DNA of 27,904 nucleotides from Vermamoeba vermiformis (lineage: Eukaryota), in the NCBI GenBank assembly GCA_045837725.1, contig JBEWZL010000302.1:496001-523904 (forward strand). Direction: 5' to 3'. Every line of letters starts with the position of its first letter. The first letter of the stretch is position 1. Shown in pieces: positions 23,266 to 27,904 of the stretch. Under the pieces are notes generated by a model, which saw only the letters and a program-made list of their open reading frames with translations, was not told the DNA's origin and searched no databases. Made by a program: the position numbers and the translations under genes.

Positions 23266-24132
23266 GGCAAGATCCATGAGTCTCAGCTCACATGGAATGG
23301 CCAAATATACATCAACCTGTGATAAATTGGACAAATGCAACGCAAAAAAAGTGGATGCAGTTAAAAAACTGCAAAATGGAGAGCAAAAATAAACAGCAAA
23401 AAAAATTCCTTGGAAGTGACCTGAGTTAATTATTCAAACTTTGTGTGGTCTTGCACACCGATTTTTCCAGCATCCAACAGCAACATCCTAAACAAATGCG
23501 GCCAAATCATAATGTATCTGGAGGGCAAGTACCAAAAAACTAGCAAAATTGTTGCTTTAACATAACAAATACTGAGCACCAACAAGAACAAAACACCTCA
23601 GAAAAATAAAAAAGTTACATATGCAACAGTGGGGTTTGAACCTGCGCCCTAGGGCTTCTGAGGGGCAAGCAAAAACGTGTGGCGCGTTTTTACTCCTTGA
23701 CAAACAATTTCTGAAGAAATTTTTACAAAATTGCACCTGTTTTGCAGTATTTTGTCAGTTCTTTGAGCTTCTGGAGTAAAAACGCGCCACGCGTTTTTGC
23801 TAGTGGTGATAACTTCCTCAGAAAGGCAACAATTATCCATTAATTTGTTGCCTTGCTGAGGCCCCAAAATGCTTATCCATACCCTCCATTGTGTTGGCAT
23901 TGCTGAAACATGATGTCTGGTTGGTGAAAAATCCTGACCTCAGGTGAGGAAGATTGAGTTATTCTGTCTGTCTGAGACTCCCAAGTCCTCAGACTACAGG
24001 TGAAAAAATTGCAATTTTATGCTGTTTAAAAATTCCATTCCCATTTATTTTTAGAGAAGTTTTGCTGTTTAGATACAAAAATAAATGGGATGAAAAAAGA
24101 CCCCAGTTGAGCTGAGACTCGTGGATCTTGCC
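23266..24132. mobile_element. Non-autonomous TIR element (MITE), 867 bp
   Basis: 25-bp TIRs GGCAAGATCCA(T/C)GAGTCTCAGCTCA at 23266-23290 and 24108-24132 (one mismatch), flanked by ATAT on both sides. No credible ORF inside. Confidence 0.85.
23668..23801. repeat. 29-bp inverted repeat with 76-bp spacer inside the MITE
   Basis: AGCAAAAACGTGTGGCGCGTTTTTACTCC (23668-23696) and GGAGTAAAAACGCGCCACGCGTTTTTGCT (23773-23801), one mismatch. Confidence 0.9.
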
Positions 24133-24189
24133 ATATGTAAAATAGCATATGAACCAGAGCATATGCAATTTATTAATTAAAAAACAATT

Positions 24190-24634
24190 TTACTTTTTCT
24201 TCTTTTGCTGCAGGAGTGCCAGTTGTTGCTTCAATTTGCGCTCCTTCTCATTGTCAGAGTCATTTTCAGAGATTGATGACTCTGGATCAGCTGTAAGGGT
24301 AGGAGGAGGGAGGAGAATGTAAAGACTGAACAGACATTAGAATGCAAGATCTGTTTAAGTTTGAAACTTACGTCTTTGTATCCTGGCGACTCAAATGTAC
24401 TAAACCAAGTTGATCTAGCTTGAGAAGTTGCATTTTAACATGATCCTTGTGTAGCCCTAGAATTCGAGAATTAGATACATATGATTAAATACATATGATT
24501 AAATACATATGCATTTTACCAGTATCGTTGGTAACTGTTGTGCATTATATAGGATTTAGGGCTGGGGGTGTGGTTGCGGGCGTAGAAGGCCCGTAAATCG
24601 TGCTGGGTTACGCCCCGGAAAAAACCGGCAAAAT
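24190..24634 (-). pseudogene. Small spliced gene, winged-helix-like segment plus acidic/basic tail; apparent frameshift, 5' end unresolved
   Basis: Introns 24519-24457 and 24371-24326 (GT-AG with CTAAT) give TVTNDTGLHKDHVKMQLLKLDQLGLVHLSRQDTKTLYILL...ENDSDNEKERKLKQQLALLQQKKKK*. The upstream part of exon 24634-24520 is open only in another frame. Confidence 0.5.
24472..24511. repeat. Short tandem repeat (ATACATATGATTAA, ~2.7 copies) in an intron; CATATG motifs also cluster at 23205-23252 and 24146-24165
   Basis: Direct reading of the sequence. Confidence 0.8.
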
Positions 24635-24699
24635 CTGGCACGAATTGGAAAGAATTAGAACATAAACGCATTATTTTATTTAATGCTAGGCATGAACAG

Positions 24700-27600
24700 A
24701 GAGCCCAAACAATGGGCTTTAAGGTGATATTTGTTATTTGAGATAGCGCGGCGAGGTAAGTCTGAAATCGGAATTATTCCGGCGGGGATCAGAACGCCCC
24801 GGATCAAAAAGTTTTTTAATACGCGTTTATTTTGGTTAATTTTGATTAAAAATGATAGTTATTGGCAACTACTAACGCGTAGTATTGCCAGAAAAAATTA
24901 GAAAAATCGCGACGGTGAAATAACGTCGCGTAGATCTGAACACTCAAAACGGTCAGATCTGAAGAAATTGATAGTAAATATGGCGTTAATAATACGTAAG
25001 TATCACCATAAAATCATTATTTTATTTTTTATCGCGGTTCTGATTCGGATTCCGATTTCGCATCGGATTCAAAACCGCGAGATCAGCGAAATTCTCGCAA
25101 ATAAATGCATTAAATAATGTTAAAAGTATTGTTAATCACTTTTATTACAGTTTGGAGTCATTAACTTCGATCTGACAAGTCCGTTTCCGGATACGAACTT
25201 GTCACTAAAAATAGTGCAACGAGAGATCGACCACAAGGGTCGAATTATTGATTGTTTATTGCCGATTAACAGCAGGCAGTCACGCGCCGCGGCACCAGAG
25301 CCGTTCAGCGCGAGTTATTTTCGATGTTACAGTGATGCGATTTTGGATTTACAATACTTCGATCACAACGGTCGAATTATTGTATTAATTAGATATATTA
25401 GTGACAATAAACACGCGCACAACGATATTCAGCGTCGTTGCAGCGCGGCTTTCAACTCAGCAATTTCTCGCGCCTAAATCTCGGTGCAGCGACCGAGATC
25501 TTAAAAGGTAATAATTATCCTATCATCCTTCCACCATTTATAATACATAGAAATCGTTAATTCAATTATTGATTTTTCAAATTAAAAATTAAAGATCCGG
25601 ATTAGAGCTTAGTGCTCGAATTTTTATTAAAATAGTATGTAATTATATGTAACGCATTGCTCTAATATTAATTTTTTATTACAAGATTGATTACAAAAAC
25701 ACGAGCGCGATCGAAAGTTTTCTTGACTTTCGTACCGCGAGATCCCGACCACCAATGGTCGTTTCAGTGTATACTGGTACTTTTCGTTCGTGTCCCGCTG
25801 CGGGGGCGATCACTACTGCTCGCCGACGGGGTCGGTAACTAGATGGCGAGTTCGAATCTGCCCAGGCCCTGGAAATAATTCAGTAAGTATTTAAATATAT
25901 TCAATAGCGATGAAATAATCGTACCAATGCGTCGATTATTAATTTAAAAATCAAGATAATTTTTTTAAAATTAGTGAAATCGGATCGAGCTTCGTGCTCG
26001 TGCAAAATTTAAATAATTGTTTTTTTTATTACTAATACTACATACTAATGCCTATTTAATAGGTTATTTGAGCGTCAATACGAAGACGCTTGTTCTAGAT
26101 CGAGCGCGAGGTAGATCGCTCGATCCCCGTCACTTTATCAAGCGTAAGTAGCTTAAATATATTGCCTTAATAGTGGTTAACATCCTAACGCTGCTTGTTT
26201 AGGCGTCAAAAGTTAACAAGAACGGATCTCGAACGTGATCTTCTCGCGTTATCAGATCCGTTACATCACCCATAATAGCCCGGTAAGTGCGTCTACAGTT
26301 AGATATTGTTTAATACTAACCCGTTATATTACTAGAAATAACGAAGACGACTACGGAGAAAAAATTTAGTGATCGAGATCCAACGCGTCTCGATCTTTCA
26401 AAATTTATATGGAGAGCATCGATTGCTCTAACGGTAAGCAGTACTCCTTATATATTAACATTTAAACTCATTGATACTAATTTTACGCGTAGGAGATGAC
26501 ACGGAGCTCCTTGCCCAGAGATCGGGTTGCGACATCCCGCTCTTTCAAAAGTTAGTGACGCGCATCGATCGCGTCGAAAGTAAGTAAAATTGATTTATAA
26601 TAATTAATCATTGTTATTTAATATACTAACGTTTTAATCTGTAGATTTGATCGCGGCACTGATTACACCAAGTAGGCCGGGTCGTAAAACTGTTAGAGCG
26701 CATTTATTGCGCAAAAGGTAAGACCAACGCAATTTATATGATAGGTGCGTTGTACTGATTAATTTTTTTAATAGAATGAGTGGCTTTACGGACTTAACGG
26801 ATCTGCGATCTGTTCACTACGTGCCGTAATTTTTCATCAATAGTAACGCTATTTAGAACGGTAAGTAACCAGATTAATAGTATATGGCTCTTAATAACGC
26901 GTTATTTTAGCAGATCCTATCAAAACCCTTTCATGGCGAGACTGTACGCGGATCCGAAAAAATTGAATGGCCTTATTCAAAGGCTACTTAAGGTAAGTAA
27001 AGATCGTTTAACATAACCCTTAATATCGTATTTATCGCTAATTGTAATTACAGAGCTTCGTTGATGCGATCACGGATCTCTCATCAGATCTGACCCGCGA
27101 AGAAAAGTCAGTCGTTCGCTAACAATCTCAGAGGTAAGTTAATATTATTATTTTATATTCTAAATACTAACACGTTATATTATTAAAATAGGTGAATGGT
27201 TAATTTAAAAGAACAGACGCGGATCGAGCAGTAACATCCAGATCCGTTAAACTGTACATAGCGCGTATCGATCGCGCTAAGAGTAAGCGTACCGTAATAT
27301 ATATTTATATTACATTATATTTATTAATTGTTTTTAGTTGAAAGAGAGTTTTTACGGCAAATCGGATCCGCGATCTGTTACAACTTTGCGCCGTCGTTGA
27401 AGTCAAAGACTACGCCAAACAACAAGGTAAGTTATCAAAATCAATAGTATACGGTAAACATTATTGACTTGTGTTATTAGAATTACTCAAAATACGTTTG
27501 TTATTGCTCGGAACCGGATCGAAGAGAGCACATCTCGATCCGTAAAAATTTTAAGTAATCGCATTGATCGCGCCAAAGGTAATTATATCTTAATGAATTT

Positions 27601-27904
27601 TAATTTTACAATATTCTAATTGATAATTATACTCAGAATGAGAGCGTGTACGGACTTGACGGATCGTGTTGCACTGGTCACGTCGCTAAATTTCTAGCAC
27701 TGTTACACAAGAGTAAGTTGTTAGCAAGCAATGTTTAATTAAGTATAGTGGAGCTAACATTTGATTATGTAGAACGCGAACGAGTTTAGTTGCCGGCGGA
27801 TTCGGTCATTAAAAATGCACGATCTCAGCAAAACGAACACAACTGAAAGGTAAGTTTGAAATTTGTTATTTATTGATAGGTTTTTATACTAAGCTTTGAT
27901 TAAG
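24700..27904 (+). ncRNA. Putative multi-exon spliced long non-coding RNA with repeated hairpin exons; continues past the window end, start approximate
   Basis: 17 donor sites (mostly GTAAG) at 24756, 24996, 25508, 25883, 26144, 26283, 26434, 26580, 26718, 26861, 26993, 27134, 27283, 27427, 27579, 27713 and 27850. Each is followed by an AT-rich intron, usually with a CTAAY/CTGAY-type branch, and an AG acceptor. Exons 26203-26282 and 27192-27282 have stops in all three frames. Confidence 0.7.

Noticed and set aside
23649-23900. 83-aa ORF as MITE transposase
   Set aside because: Too short, no DDE or HTH motif, and it spans the internal inverted repeat.
25199-25477. 92-aa ORF
   Set aside because: TTG start, no recognisable motif; its internal repeat reflects the duplicated hairpin.
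25820-25875. tRNA gene suggested by GAGTTCGAATC (B-box-like)
   Set aside because: I could not build an acceptor stem, D-arm or anticodon arm around it.
26063-27904. CRISPR array or simple satellite
   Set aside because: No identical direct repeats or cas genes; the periodic constant parts are spliceosomal intron signals in a eukaryotic context.
26144-27904. snoRNA host gene explanation for the short introns
   Set aside because: Introns are only 50-65 nt, AT-rich, and show no consistent C/D or H/ACA boxes; the structure is in the exons.

Overview
Eukaryotic (protist, probably amoebozoan-like; inference) genomic DNA with short GT-AG introns and CTAAY branch points, so most listed ORFs are single exons. 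The left 21.6 kb holds six compact spliced genes: (1) a histidine kinase with two HisKA-HATPase modules flanking PAS/GAF domains (minus, runs off the left end); (2) a cAMP-receptor-like 7TM GPCR; (3) a PAS-HisKA-HATPase-REC hybrid kinase; (4) a full-length homolog of the bacterial violacein enzyme VioB; (5) head-to-head with it, a secreted SnoaL-SnoaL-VioE/ependymin-fold protein; (6) a large beta-propeller-PH-TKL kinase-STAND ATPase-TPR protein. The right 6.3 kb looks accessory: a CpG-depleted relic with a His-Me nuclease-like pseudogene, a possible Tc1-like end, an 867-bp MITE, a small frameshifted wHTH-like gene, and a plus-strand unit with 17 intact-looking introns and ~140-bp periodicity whose hairpin-rich exons do not join into an ORF. 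The best candidates for new biology are that spliced structured non-coding array and the eukaryotic VioB + VioE-fold gene pair. All assignments come from manual reading and remembered family motifs; no searches were run.
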